DNA of 64,000 nt from Candidatus Microgenomates bacterium (GTDB taxonomy: Bacteria > Patescibacteriota > Microgenomatia > UBA8517 > JACQJR01), in contig JACQJR010000001.1 in assembly GCA_016204995.1 (NCBI GenBank), positions 305,132 to 369,131 on the forward strand, read 5' to 3'. The translations under genes and the position numbers were made by a program. The notes under the pieces are model-generated. The model was not told where the DNA came from, did not search any database, and saw only the letters and a list, made by a program, of their open reading frames with translations. This document shows, piece by piece, positions 9,608 to 19,696 of this stretch; positions within the stretch are counted from its first letter, which is position 1; each line of letters starts with the position of its first letter.

Positions 9608-10177
9608 CTACAAACCTAATTCTGTGGAAATTCCTTGCATGGATTCCAGCGTAATTTTAATAAATTCCGGCAGGGGAATACCAAGTTTTTCTTGGCACAT
9701 CTTGATTTGCTCCCGATCAACCCCGGCGGCAAATGAATTTTGGTTAAATTTTTTCTGAACTGATTCTAACGTTACCGAAGAAAGTTTCTTCTCCGGCTGT
9801 ACCAGAGCGGCTGCCACGATTAAGCCGGTTAATTCATCCACGCAATAAACTGACCACGATAAGTTATCAGAAGGTTCTGCCGAACCGTTACGGGAATAAT
9901 TATGACCGGCAATAGCGGCAAATATCTCTTGGTCTGTCTCACCTGCTGCCTTTAACCATTCCACCGTTTTTAGTCCATGTTGTGCGACATCATCCTTAGT
10001 TTCTTCATAATCAGCATCATGCAACAAACCGACAATACCCCATTTGTCCATATCAGTTTCACCAAAATGACCAGCCAAAGCTTTCATCGCCGCCTCAACT
10101 GCCAAACCATGCCGCCGCAAATTAGGATTTTGAATATGCTCGTGCAATATTTTCAGTGCTTTATCCCTGATTATCAT
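9608..10177 (-). CDS. HD-domain phosphohydrolase
   Basis: H...HD motif (GLLHDADYEE). Confidence 0.65.
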   Translation of the reverse strand: MIIRDKALKILHEHIQNPNLRRHGLAVEAAMKALAGHFGETDMDKWGIVGLLHDADYEETKDDVAQHGLKTVEWLKAAGETDQEIFAAIAGHNYSRNGSAEPSDNLSWSVYCVDELTGLIVAAALVQPEKKLSSVTLESVQKKFNQNSFAAGVDREQIKMCQEKLGIPLPEFIKITLESMQGISTELGL

Positions 10178-11657
10178 TTTTAGGTCTTAATGTTGGAAAA
10201 AGTATAACATCTTTTAAAGTGGCTTGATCAGTCAGTAAGGCTACAAAACGGTCAATGCCCATCCCCCAACCGGCTGTCGGCGGCATCCCGTATTCCAGGG
10301 CGCGAATATAATCAGCGTCAAAGGCTTCGTGATCACTTTTTTTCCGTTTCTCTGACTCCTGCCAACGTTTAGCTTGATCCACTGGATCATTTAACTCATT
10401 ATAAGCATTAACTACTTCAAGTCCTGCTACTAATAATTGAAACGAGGCAGTTTTGGCTGGATCATCCGGCTTTCTTTTGGCAAGAGAAACAAAGGCTGTC
10501 GGCCGGTCAATTAAAAAAATAGGCCCCACTAATTTTGGCCTAGTAGTCGCTTTATAAAGCGCGTCTAAAACATTACCAAAACCTGCCTGCCTTGCCTGCG
10601 CAAGCAGGGCAGGCAGGCCTGTCTCATTTTTTAAATCTAGCTTGATATTTTTCTGCTTTATTGCGGTTTTTAGTTTAGCTTCAGTATCAGCTAAATTAAT
10701 ATCAATACCAGTCTCTGCCAGTAAGGCGTCGCGGTAAGTAACGCGTGGCCAGGGCGGGGTGAAATCCAAACTTTGCCCTTGATAAATCAATTTTAACTTG
10801 CCGCAGGCTGTTTCAATAATAGTAGTAATCAATTTTTCCGTAAAATCCATTAATCCTTCATAGTTTTGGTAAGCCCAATAAAACTCCACCATGGTAAATT
10901 CGGGATTATGTGATTTATCAATCCCTTCATTGCGAAAGTTATGTCCAATTTCATAAACTTTTTCAAAGCCTCCCACAATCAATCTTTTTAGATAAAGTTC
11001 ATCGCTGATTCTTAAATAAAAATCGCTGTCCAGGGCATTATGATGAGTAGTAAAAGGTTTAGCCACTGCTCCACCGTAGAGCGGTTGCAAAATCGGTGTT
11101 TCCACTTCCATAAATCCGGCTTTGTCTAAAAATTCCCGCAAAGATTTGATAATTCTACTCCTCGTTAAAGCTACCTCTTTCACCTGGGGATTAAGCAGTA
11201 AATCAGCATAACGCTGGCGGTAGCGCTCTTCCACATCGCGAAAGCCGGACCAGGAAGAAGGTAGTGGCCGTAGAGCTTTAGCAAGTAAAATTAAATGTGT
11301 GGCCTGGACTGTAATTTCGCCGCTATTAGTTTTAATGACCGATCCTTGGACGTTAATAAAATCGCCGCTGTCCAAGAGTTGAGCTAGAGAAAACTCTTTT
11401 GGCGATAATTTGTTGCGAACGAGTAAAACTTGAATATCACCTAGTTCATCATGGACATCAGCAAAAATTGCGCCACCATGAGAACGGATCGCCCAAATTC
11501 TACCAACAATAGCTACTTTTTTGCCAAATGACGCCAGCGCTTGAGAAATTGTCTGTTTACGTACTGTATTGGCCGGATAAATCTCCACACCCAGTTTGCG
11601 CAAAGCCCCCAGCTTTTCTAAACGATTTTCCTTAATATGAGATAAACGGCCAGCCAT
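10161..11657 (-). CDS. lysS: lysyl-tRNA synthetase (class II)
   Basis: N-terminal OB fold; FRNEGIDKSHNPEFTMVEFYWAY; C-terminal motif 3. Confidence 0.95.
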   Translation of the reverse strand: MAGRLSHIKENRLEKLGALRKLGVEIYPANTVRKQTISQALASFGKKVAIVGRIWAIRSHGGAIFADVHDELGDIQVLLVRNKLSPKEFSLAQLLDSGDFINVQGSVIKTNSGEITVQATHLILLAKALRPLPSSWSGFRDVEERYRQRYADLLLNPQVKEVALTRSRIIKSLREFLDKAGFMEVETPILQPLYGGAVAKPFTTHHNALDSDFYLRISDELYLKRLIVGGFEKVYEIGHNFRNEGIDKSHNPEFTMVEFYWAYQNYEGLMDFTEKLITTIIETACGKLKLIYQGQSLDFTPPWPRVTYRDALLAETGIDINLADTEAKLKTAIKQKNIKLDLKNETGLPALLAQARQAGFGNVLDALYKATTRPKLVGPIFLIDRPTAFVSLAKRKPDDPAKTASFQLLVAGLEVVNAYNELNDPVDQAKRWQESEKRKKSDHEAFDADYIRALEYGMPPTAGWGMGIDRFVALLTDQATLKDVILFPTLRPKNDNQG

Positions 11658-11687
11658 TAACCTAAGTATACCAAAACCCAGATGAAG

Positions 11688-12146
11688 TTACTCAATAGAG
11701 AGGACTTTATAGACAATTTTGCCAGCTGGAGCATTAACTTCTACCGCATCTCCCACTTTTTTACCCAATAACATTTTACCTAGGGGCGATTCATGGGAAA
11801 TCTTTTTTTCTTTGGGATCGGCCTCCCATTCGCCGACGATATGAAAAATATGCTTGGCGCCATTAGTGGTGACTGTCACCCTTGAACCTAAACTGACTGC
11901 TGATTTATTACCGTTCGTAATTAATATAGCAGAAGAGATAATTTCTGCCAGTTCTGCTAGGCGATTATCCATAAATTCCAGCTCTTCCTTGGCGGACAAG
12001 TAATCACTGTTTTCCGACAAATCACCGGCATTTCTGGCATCAGTCAACCGCTCTACCAGTCGCGGCCGCTTATTATTAAGTTGCTGATATTCCGACTTTA
12101 AGTCAGCCAAACCTCCTTGGGTAATATGAGATTTATTATTAATCAT
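11688..12146 (-). CDS. greA: transcription elongation factor GreA
   Basis: 152 aa; coiled-coil N-terminus with acidic tip (DLSENSDY), FKBP-like C-terminus. Confidence 0.9.
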   Translation of the reverse strand: MINNKSHITQGGLADLKSEYQQLNNKRPRLVERLTDARNAGDLSENSDYLSAKEELEFMDNRLAELAEIISSAILITNGNKSAVSLGSRVTVTTNGAKHIFHIVGEWEADPKEKKISHESPLGKMLLGKKVGDAVEVNAPAGKIVYKVLSIE

Positions 12147-12151
12147 AATTA

Positions 12152-12227
12152 TGGTGGCGCCATGGGGATTCGAACCCCGGTTTCGTGGATGAGAACCACG
12201 TGTCCTGGTCCACTAGACGATAGCGCC
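12152..12227 (-). tRNA. tRNA-Glu (anticodon CUC), CCA encoded
   Basis: reverse complement GGCGCTATCGTCTAGTGGACCAGGACACGTGGTTCTCATCCACGAAACCGGGGTTCGAATCCCCATGGCGCCACCA folds into a cloverleaf; 7-bp acceptor, D-arm as in bacterial tRNA-Glu, anticodon loop TTCTCAT. Confidence 0.8.
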
Positions 12228-12290
12228 TTATTAAGAATTAAGTATACTACTACCACCAAATTTTAGCAATGAAGTAGGTTACATTAGGGG

Positions 12291-14708
12291 CTAGGAAACA
12301 GCCAGATATTGAGGTTCTCTGGAAGGCTGCTGAACCGCAGGCCTAATAATTGGTTTTTTCAAGGCTACTTTTAACACCTCATCAACGTTACTTGCAAAAA
12401 CAAATTTAACTTCTTTTTGGACTTTATCCGGCACATCTTCCAAGTCTTTCTTATTGTCGCGAGGTATGATAATGGTCTTAAGCCCTGCTGAATGGGCGGC
12501 AATTACCTTTTCCTTAACTCCGCCAATTTCCAACACCCGACCCCGCAGAGTTACTTCACCCGTCATGCCTACATCGCGCCGAACCGGAATTTTGGTCAAA
12601 GCCGAAACTAAAGCAGTGGTAATAGCGGTGCCAGCTGAAGGACCATCTTTAGGCACTGCCCCTTCCGGCACATGGATATGAACATCTAAATTCTGGGCAA
12701 AATCCTCTCGTACGCCTAAAAACTGCCAGTGACTTCTGGCGTAGGAAAAAGCGGCCTTGGCCGACTCCTGCATGACCTCGCCTAATTGTCCGGTCAAAGT
12801 TAATTTACCTTTACCCGGCATCAAAGCTACTTCCACAAATAAAATTTCGCCGCCGGTAGGGGTAACAGCCAAACCGGTAGACATTCCAACTTCATCCTGT
12901 CGTTCGGCCAGGAGCGAACTAAATCTTTGCGGCCCCAGGAATTTCCGTACATGGCTTAGGTCAATGTTACTGACACTATTCTTGCCTTCAGCTACTTTTC
13001 GGGCAATTTTGCGCAAAATGGTGGCAAAATTTCTTTCCAGACTTCTTACTCCCGCCTCTCTAGTATAACGACTGATGATCTCACGGATGGCCGCGGGGGA
13101 CACTTGAATTTTTTCCGATAAACCATGGACGTCCAGCTGTTTGGGCCACAAAAAAGTTTTGGCAATATGGTATTTTTCTTCTTCGGTATAACCGGGGAAA
13201 CGAATAATCTCTAAACGATCACGCAGAGCATAAGGAATAGTGTCAATCACGTTGCCGGTGCAGATAAACATGACGTGTGAAAGATCAAATGGCACTTCCA
13301 GATAATGATCGGAAAATTCTTTATTTTGTTCCGGATCTAATGCCTCAAGTAGCGCCGCTGAAGGATCACCCCGAAAATCTGCCCCGATTTTATCAATTTC
13401 ATCCAGCATAAAAACCGGATTGCGGGTTGCGGCGTTTTTCATACCTTGAATAATCCGGCCGGGCAGGGCGCCCACATAAGTTCTACGATGACCGCGAATT
13501 TCTGCCTCATCCCGGACGCCTCCCAAAGATACCCGGACAAATTTGCGACCCAAGGCCCGGGCAATGGACTTACCAATGGAAGTTTTGCCTACTCCGGGTG
13601 GTCCGATAAAACACAAAATAGTGGGACTGACTACTTCTTTACCGTTTTTCTTACCATTTTTATTACTTTGCTTAATTTTCATTACGGCTAAAAATTCCAA
13701 AATTCGCTCCTTGACCTTTTCCAAGCCAAAATGGTCTTCTTCTAAAATCTTAGCTGCATGATCAATCGCCACATTATTAGGCGAAGAGACTGACCAGGGC
13801 ATGCTAATTAACCAATCCAGATAATTTCGTAAATATCCGCCTTCCGGATTTTGGGGCGACATTTGGGCCAGCCTTTCCAGTTCTTTCTCCGCCTTTTCCT
13901 CTACCTCTTTCGGCATACCCGCCTCTTTAATTTTCCTCTTCAGTTCGGAAATCTCATCATCGCCTCCCTCTTCGCCTAATTCTTCGCGAATAGTATGCAT
14001 CCGCTCGCGCAGCATGGCTTTGCGCATTTGCTCTTCAAAACGACGCTGGGTTTTAGTGGCAATAGAACGCTCCAGCTCCAGTACATTAACTTCATGGGAT
14101 AAATAATTATGGGCCCGGTGAGCCAAATCTGACAAATCATTAATTTCCAACATTGCTTGCTTTTCCGTAGTTTTAATATCAAGGAGAGAGACAATTTGAT
14201 TAACCGCTTCCAGGGAACTCGTCATGTTGCCGGCTACCAAACGCATCACCATTTGGGTAGGCTCAAGTGGTTTACCTAAGTTAATCGCTTTTTTGAATAG
14301 TTCAATAATTTGATTAACTAAAGCTTTTTCCTCGTCGGTATCGGCTACTTCCATGGGGACTTCTTCCACTTGGGCTAAAAAGAAGGGATCCTCCTGCACA
14401 ATAGAATTAAGTCTGATCTTAGCCACCCCGGTGACTAAGACGTGAATTTCAAATTCAGTGGGCATAAACTCTTTCACTGTCACTAGCGTTCCCGTGTCAT
14501 ATAAATCATTTTTGGCGGGAAGAGCTATTCTGGCGTCCTTTTGGGTAAAAACTGCCAGCAATCTATCAGTTTGGAAAGCTGACTCTACCGCGCTTTTGGA
14601 GCGAGGACGACCAAAACTTAAAAATGTTTCGGTAAAAGGGAAAGCGACTGATCCGCGAAGAGCCACTAAGGGAACCGTGCGGATAATCTTTTTATTGGGA
14701 ATAATCAT
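12291..14708 (-). CDS. lon: ATP-dependent protease Lon
   Basis: 805 aa; Walker A GPPGVGKTS; protease catalytic PKDGPSAGTA. Confidence 0.95.
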   Translation of the reverse strand: MIIPNKKIIRTVPLVALRGSVAFPFTETFLSFGRPRSKSAVESAFQTDRLLAVFTQKDARIALPAKNDLYDTGTLVTVKEFMPTEFEIHVLVTGVAKIRLNSIVQEDPFFLAQVEEVPMEVADTDEEKALVNQIIELFKKAINLGKPLEPTQMVMRLVAGNMTSSLEAVNQIVSLLDIKTTEKQAMLEINDLSDLAHRAHNYLSHEVNVLELERSIATKTQRRFEEQMRKAMLRERMHTIREELGEEGGDDEISELKRKIKEAGMPKEVEEKAEKELERLAQMSPQNPEGGYLRNYLDWLISMPWSVSSPNNVAIDHAAKILEEDHFGLEKVKERILEFLAVMKIKQSNKNGKKNGKEVVSPTILCFIGPPGVGKTSIGKSIARALGRKFVRVSLGGVRDEAEIRGHRRTYVGALPGRIIQGMKNAATRNPVFMLDEIDKIGADFRGDPSAALLEALDPEQNKEFSDHYLEVPFDLSHVMFICTGNVIDTIPYALRDRLEIIRFPGYTEEEKYHIAKTFLWPKQLDVHGLSEKIQVSPAAIREIISRYTREAGVRSLERNFATILRKIARKVAEGKNSVSNIDLSHVRKFLGPQRFSSLLAERQDEVGMSTGLAVTPTGGEILFVEVALMPGKGKLTLTGQLGEVMQESAKAAFSYARSHWQFLGVREDFAQNLDVHIHVPEGAVPKDGPSAGTAITTALVSALTKIPVRRDVGMTGEVTLRGRVLEIGGVKEKVIAAHSAGLKTIIIPRDNKKDLEDVPDKVQKEVKFVFASNVDEVLKVALKKPIIRPAVQQPSREPQYLAVS

Positions 14709-14817
14709 ATTAGCAATCTACCATCTTATCTGCTAATTGTCAAGGCCCAATCATGTAAACTGGTTGGACCAAGGGGCAACTAGACCGAGTGCTAAGATGC
14801 GGCGGGAAGCCCCTCCT

Positions 14818-15510
14818 TTACTCATGAATCACTATACGCGTACCCGGATTATCAGAAGCGGCGGCGATTGACTTTTTACCTTCCGGCAAAACCGGACTGA
14901 CCCAATAATAAAGCTGCTCGGCAATCGGTGTGGGTAAATTGACACAACCATGACTTCGGCGGTTGCCAAAATCACTATGCCAGTAGGTTCCATGAAGACT
15001 AAAACCTTTGCGGCCAGGCAGCCAATCATTTTGGAAAAACATCACATAAGGCACGTTGGGTAAATAATAGTAATGTTTGCCTTCGCCTCCCTCCATTTTG
15101 GTAGCCCGCAGCTTAGTCCAAATTCTAAACTCGCCGGTCGGAGTAGGTGTTCCCGGCAAACCAGTGGATACTAAACTTTCTAAAAACAGATTATTCCCAT
15201 CCCAAGCACGTATCTTTTGCTCTGATAAATCTACTTCAATCCATTTAGAATCTGACTCTTCCCCCAAAACCTGATTCCAAGATTTGCGAGAGACCACTTC
15301 TATCAAAATTGGCACAGGAAGACTTTGACCATGAAAGTAAGCAGTTTTAGCACTAGCGTCTATTTCGCCGTTTGACTCTAACCCGGTTAACTTAAAATCA
15401 TTACCCAGTTCTTTTTGGGCCGGCAATGAAATTACTAGCAATGCTCCCAAAAGGGCACTGGTAGCCGCCAGCATTAGGAAAAATGGATTATTTTTCATAC
15501 CAGCTGTCAA
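14818..15510 (-). CDS. L,D-transpeptidase (YkuD domain)
   Basis: signal peptide; catalytic motif HGTYWHSDFGNRRSHGCVNL. Confidence 0.8.
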   Translation of the reverse strand: MTAGMKNNPFFLMLAATSALLGALLVISLPAQKELGNDFKLTGLESNGEIDASAKTAYFHGQSLPVPILIEVVSRKSWNQVLGEESDSKWIEVDLSEQKIRAWDGNNLFLESLVSTGLPGTPTPTGEFRIWTKLRATKMEGGEGKHYYYLPNVPYVMFFQNDWLPGRKGFSLHGTYWHSDFGNRRSHGCVNLPTPIAEQLYYWVSPVLPEGKKSIAAASDNPGTRIVIHE

Positions 15511-15581
15511 TACAAAACACGCAAAATCGCAGAAGTGTTAGGCAAATTTTGCATTCGGCCAATTTCTTCTGCGATTTATAC

Positions 15582-15788
15582 TCACTTTTTCTTCCCAGAC
15601 AGCTCAAATAACTGATAAGCTGCAGCCAAACCGATTATCACATTGATCACAGTCATTACTGATGCTCCTAAACCTCCAAAAATGGCCAGGAGAAAATTAA
15701 CGTTTAGCGCTGTTGTTCCTAAATTCAAAGCTCCTAGAATTACCAACCACCAAGTTAACTGTTTTAAATTGCTCATCTTTTCCCTCAC
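15582..15788 (-). CDS. small membrane protein (DUF378-like)
   Basis: 68 aa, two hydrophobic helices. Confidence 0.45.
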   Translation of the reverse strand: MREKMSNLKQLTWWLVILGALNLGTTALNVNFLLAIFGGLGASVMTVINVIIGLAAAYQLFELSGKKK

Positions 15789-15928
15789 CTCCCTTCATCT
15801 ATATTTTAGTATGAAATAGCTAAAAATCAAAATGCAAGAGGGAAATTGTTATATGACTATTCTTTTGTTATTATAAATAATATAGTCATGCACGAGCACT
15901 TTAAAATTTATGAATTCAATTAAGGCGA

Positions 15929-16765
15929 TTATATGCTATTAACGAAGCTTTTAAATGAATTCGCGAGCCTTCTTGTTATAGGACCCACCTTTCCATCGCC
16001 AACTATTTGATCATTGATTTTAACTACCGGCATAATCTCTTTGGTGGTAGAAGTAATGATGGCCTCTTGAAATTGACTGATGTCGCGAACATAAAGGGGT
16101 TTTTCCTCCATTTTGATTCCTTCGCTAGCGGCCAGTTTAATTATCACCTCTCGGGTCACACCCAATAATATTTCGCTGACTGGTGGGGTGATTAAAGAAT
16201 CGCCCACTACCGCCAAGAAATTACTGGTAGTACCCTCATTAATCCGACCCTGCTCATCTACATATAAGGCTTCCACTGCCCCCTCTCCATGCGCCTGGCG
16301 GGTAGCCACTACCGCCGCCAGATAATTTAAAGATTTAGAAGCAGGTAAAAATCTTTTACTGGAGAAGGTGATTACCTTAACTCCTTCCGTGTAACATTCA
16401 CCGGGATAAGTGGTCAATGGATGGAAGATCATGATCAAACTGGGTTTGCCCGGAGTGATAAAATCAGAACTGACTCCGCCGGTCGCCACAATTCTAACTT
16501 CCAAATCCTGTCCGTTCTGATTTTTTTCTATACCGATTTTGACTAATTCTTTGATTTGGTTTCTATCCCAAGGTGCATCCAGCCCGATAGCTTTAGCTGA
16601 ATCAAAAAGGCGATCAACATGAGTATCCAGCTCAAAAGGAACATGATGATAAGTTCTTAAAAAATCAAAAACTCCGAAGCCCCGCAGAACTGATAAATCA
16701 AAAGCGGAAATTTTTAAATCCTGTTCATCTACCCATTGCCCGTCCAAAAAATGCGTGCTCCCCAC
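15929..16765 (-). CDS. class IV PLP aminotransferase (branched-chain / D-amino-acid aminotransferase)
   Basis: 278 aa; fold-type IV motifs (EGTTSNFLAV). Confidence 0.75.
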   Translation of the reverse strand: MGSTHFLDGQWVDEQDLKISAFDLSVLRGFGVFDFLRTYHHVPFELDTHVDRLFDSAKAIGLDAPWDRNQIKELVKIGIEKNQNGQDLEVRIVATGGVSSDFITPGKPSLIMIFHPLTTYPGECYTEGVKVITFSSKRFLPASKSLNYLAAVVATRQAHGEGAVEALYVDEQGRINEGTTSNFLAVVGDSLITPPVSEILLGVTREVIIKLAASEGIKMEEKPLYVRDISQFQEAIITSTTKEIMPVVKINDQIVGDGKVGPITRRLANSFKSFVNSI

Positions 16766-16778
16766 GAAAATTAGTATA

Positions 16779-17558
16779 TCACTTTCTGCCGATGTAGGCT
16801 ACATAAAGAGAAAACGTGATAAATTTGGTAAAGATCTTGTCAAGAGGCTTAATCATAGCTAACATCCAGCTAGTCAATTTTTCGCTTAATAAACCAGTTA
16901 TAATTAATCCCGGTAAAAATAATGTGCCAAAGGGCAGACCCCGTAGTTGACCGACGCTGCTGCCGCTGGATTTGATTAGTTTAGATAAATATCTTGGTTC
17001 AAAACTGACTGCTGAAATCTCCCGATGTTTTTGTCCCCTTATTTTGCCTACCAAACCGCCCGCTGTCACCCAAGCATAGCCTAGTGGATTTCTCTCAATG
17101 AAAATAAATTTGCCATCTGTTTTCAGTACCCGAAAAATCTCCTGCATCACTTTTTTCTGATCAGACTTGTCTACCACATACATTAACGTTGCCATCATCA
17201 CCACCACATCAAAGGAATTATTTTTAAAGGGAAGCTTCCTAATATCAACCTTAAGGGCGCGGCCTCTCGGTCTTAAGTCCTGATTGTAAAGTTTAATGTA
17301 ATTAGGCGAAATATCTACCCCAACTGTTTCAGCTTTGGGAAAGGCTTTTAACAACTGACGAGACAACCTACCATAACCGCAACCCAAATCCAGAATTTTA
17401 ATCTTTTTGGCGGGGTTAATTACACCGGCTGCCTGCTCAAACATCCATTGATCTAAATATAAATTAACTATCCGGGGAAAGGATTTAGGCAAAACTCCCT
17501 CAATTCTCCGGCCGTATTTTTGGCTTCGTTCTTCCCAAGCTTGCTCTAAACTATTCAT
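16779..17558 (-). CDS. class I SAM-dependent methyltransferase
   Basis: motif I ILDLGCGYGRLS. Confidence 0.7.
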   Translation of the reverse strand: MNSLEQAWEERSQKYGRRIEGVLPKSFPRIVNLYLDQWMFEQAAGVINPAKKIKILDLGCGYGRLSRQLLKAFPKAETVGVDISPNYIKLYNQDLRPRGRALKVDIRKLPFKNNSFDVVVMMATLMYVVDKSDQKKVMQEIFRVLKTDGKFIFIERNPLGYAWVTAGGLVGKIRGQKHREISAVSFEPRYLSKLIKSSGSSVGQLRGLPFGTLFLPGLIITGLLSEKLTSWMLAMIKPLDKIFTKFITFSLYVAYIGRK

Positions 17559-17726
17559 GGAAATGTCTAAGAGATTATAGCAGACTATCTATCCACAAGG
17601 GATATATTTAAGATTAGACCTACGAGGTCGCGAGGCTAACACCTCGTAGGTTGGATTATAGGTTGGATTAAACTAAATTTATCTTTTTTAATTTAGGCTT
17701 CAATTATGGTAAAATTCAAGATGTAT

Positions 17727-17797
17727 TGCGGGATCATCTAATGGCAGGATACGTGGCTCTGAACCACGGCATCTAGGTTCGAATCCTAGTCCCGCAG
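17727..17797 (+). tRNA. tRNA-Gln (anticodon CUG), CCA not encoded
   Basis: TGCGGGA acceptor with U1:A72; anticodon arm CGTGG-CTCTGAA-CCACG; T-arm CTAGGTTCGAATCCTAG; close to E. coli tRNA-Gln. Confidence 0.75.
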
Positions 17798-17851
17798 CTT
17801 TTTGGATTATGAGTACTATACTTTGTTAGAGCTATTTGATATTTTCTATTT

Positions 17852-18514
17852 ATGAAGAAAATTGTAATGGAATACAACGACTTTCTTTCTGTAAAATATG
17901 ATGAAGTAACCAGAGGTGAATTTAAATGGTTAGCTCCACACTTACTCGAAAAACACATAAAACCCTATTTGAAACCTAAAATTAATGTATTGGATATTGG
18001 TGTTGGTACGGGACAAACTTCAGAAATATTCGTTAATAGTGATACAAATGTTTCATGTATCGATATATCTGGGGATATGTTGTCAGTAGCTAAATCAAAA
18101 TATCCGTACAAAGAGCTTATTCAATATGATGTTGAGGACGGATTATTAAAGTTATTTCCAGAGGAAAAATTCGATATTATTGTGGCGGTAGGTATTTTGG
18201 AGTTTATAAAAGATATTAAAAAAACGTTAAGTGAACTAAAACAATTATTGAAAAACAATGGAGTAATCGCTTTTACTTATGAAATATTTAAACCAGATAA
18301 TAAATATGGAATAGAAAAAGAATCACCTCTAGGAGCCGGTTCCCAAAATATTCCAGAACTTTTAAGCTTTATGGTTTATCGTAGACTTTCTTCAGAAGTT
18401 GATTTAATAATAAAAGAACTTGGTTTAACTATTAAAAGTAGAAAGGTGTTTACTGGTTACTTAAGGTCTCAATTAAAAATTCCCGTTCCCTATGAAATAT
18501 TAGTTGTAAGCTGA
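17852..18514 (+). CDS. class I SAM-dependent methyltransferase (small-molecule/RNA type)
   Basis: motif I VLDIGVGTGQTS; no DPPY/NPPF motif. Confidence 0.7.
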   Translation: MKKIVMEYNDFLSVKYDEVTRGEFKWLAPHLLEKHIKPYLKPKINVLDIGVGTGQTSEIFVNSDTNVSCIDISGDMLSVAKSKYPYKELIQYDVEDGLLKLFPEEKFDIIVAVGILEFIKDIKKTLSELKQLLKNNGVIAFTYEIFKPDNKYGIEKESPLGAGSQNIPELLSFMVYRRLSSEVDLIIKELGLTIKSRKVFTGYLRSQLKIPVPYEILVVS

Positions 18515-18583
18515 ATAAAAAGTTCCTACATAGTCAACCAGAGCCAGCTCTTCGATTGCGCTCAAGGTCATGACCAATAACGC

Positions 18584-19006
18584 TTAACTAATGTTTCTTG
18601 TAAAACGCCACACGGACTTCTGAATAAACTGTTTAATCTCCCGATCCGTTCTCCATTCGTTCACCACCACTACAATAACTTTTTTACCTGCTTCCCATCT
18701 TTCCCGCCGAAAATCCTGCGCCGCCAGAAAACTGCTTTTGACTTGAAAAGGGATTGACAGTTCATCCACTATTTGATCATTTGAAACCAGCTGAATTACT
18801 CCAAAGAAATCAATGCCTTCCAATAGATTTTGTTTTTTAGAAGCTCTTCTGAAGCGGCAGAACAAACCTTCATCAACTAATTCCCGGAATAAAACCAGAG
18901 CCCGCTGTTCGTTTATTCTACCCCTTTCGGGGCCGCCCTCTGATCTACGACTTAATTTCTGTAAAAGGTAGTAACCCTGAATTCTGCCTTGGCCCTCTTT
19001 ATACAT
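18584..19006 (-). CDS. PD-(D/E)xK nuclease-fold protein (Hjc/Mrr-like), tentative
   Basis: pattern GIDFFGV...DELSIPFQVKSS consistent with D...(E/Q)xK core; 140 aa. Confidence 0.35.
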   Translation of the reverse strand: MYKEGQGRIQGYYLLQKLSRRSEGGPERGRINEQRALVLFRELVDEGLFCRFRRASKKQNLLEGIDFFGVIQLVSNDQIVDELSIPFQVKSSFLAAQDFRRERWEAGKKVIVVVVNEWRTDREIKQFIQKSVWRFTRNIS

Positions 19007-19026
19007 ACTGCTATACTAATTATAAT

Positions 19027-19161
19027 ATGATCGTCAAAAGAAAAGCTGGTTATTTTGTCATTTCCAAAAAGACGAAGCGCAATTTAGGCGGACCTTATCC
19101 GAATCGCGAGCAAGCCTTAAAACGTCTACGTCAGGTAGAATTTTTTAAACACAATAAATAA
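19027..19161 (+). CDS. small basic protein (44 aa), translationally coupled to the downstream membrane protein
   Basis: ORF MIVKRKAGYFVISKKTKRNLGGPYPNREQALKRLRQVEFFKHNK; stop lies 1 nt before the ATG of the next gene; below ORF-track size cut-off. Confidence 0.3.
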   Translation: MIVKRKAGYFVISKKTKRNLGGPYPNREQALKRLRQVEFFKHNK

Positions 19162-19162
19162 T

Positions 19163-19696
19163 ATGATCTTACAGCTGTCATTATTAGCTGCTTTGTTAAC
19201 TTTCTTTTTCGGCTTTGGGGCCGGAGCTTTAATCCACTGGTATTTAATTCATATCAAGCATTCTTTAGTAAAAGAACTTCGCGGTTCGTTGACTTTTGTC
19301 TCCTCCATAATCGGCGATGGTATTTTACTGCCGATTATTAATGCTATCTGTGTAGCCTTTTTACTGCACAATTTCTACCTGGTTAGTCAACCAATTATTT
19401 CCTGGTCCTTAATAATTTCCCTGACTATCACTCTTGGCTTTCATATTTTCCAAGCCAAGCGCGGTTTAGTTAACTGGACTATGCCAAAGGCGTGGCAGTG
19501 GAACATTTTAGGATTATTTCATGCCATTTATATGTTTACCGTTATAACACTTCTTGCCCTTTTCTATCTCACCGTCCGTCAATTTAGTAGCACTCAAAGT
19601 TTCCCCACCGAATCAATTTTGGTAACAGGCGGAGTAGTTTTATTTATAATTCTACTGAAGCTAGATTACCGCGAAGTAAAAATTTTTTCTAACTAA
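19163..19696 (+). CDS. integral membrane protein
   Basis: 177 aa, about 5 hydrophobic helices. Confidence 0.5.
   Translation: MILQLSLLAALLTFFFGFGAGALIHWYLIHIKHSLVKELRGSLTFVSSIIGDGILLPIINAICVAFLLHNFYLVSQPIISWSLIISLTITLGFHIFQAKRGLVNWTMPKAWQWNILGLFHAIYMFTVITLLALFYLTVRQFSSTQSFPTESILVTGGVVLFIILLKLDYREVKIFSN

Noticed and set aside
17852-18514. Methyltransferase as the M subunit of a restriction-modification system
   Set aside because: It has no DPPY/NPPF or target-recognition region. It looks like a small-molecule or RNA methyltransferase. It is kept only as a low-interest pairing.
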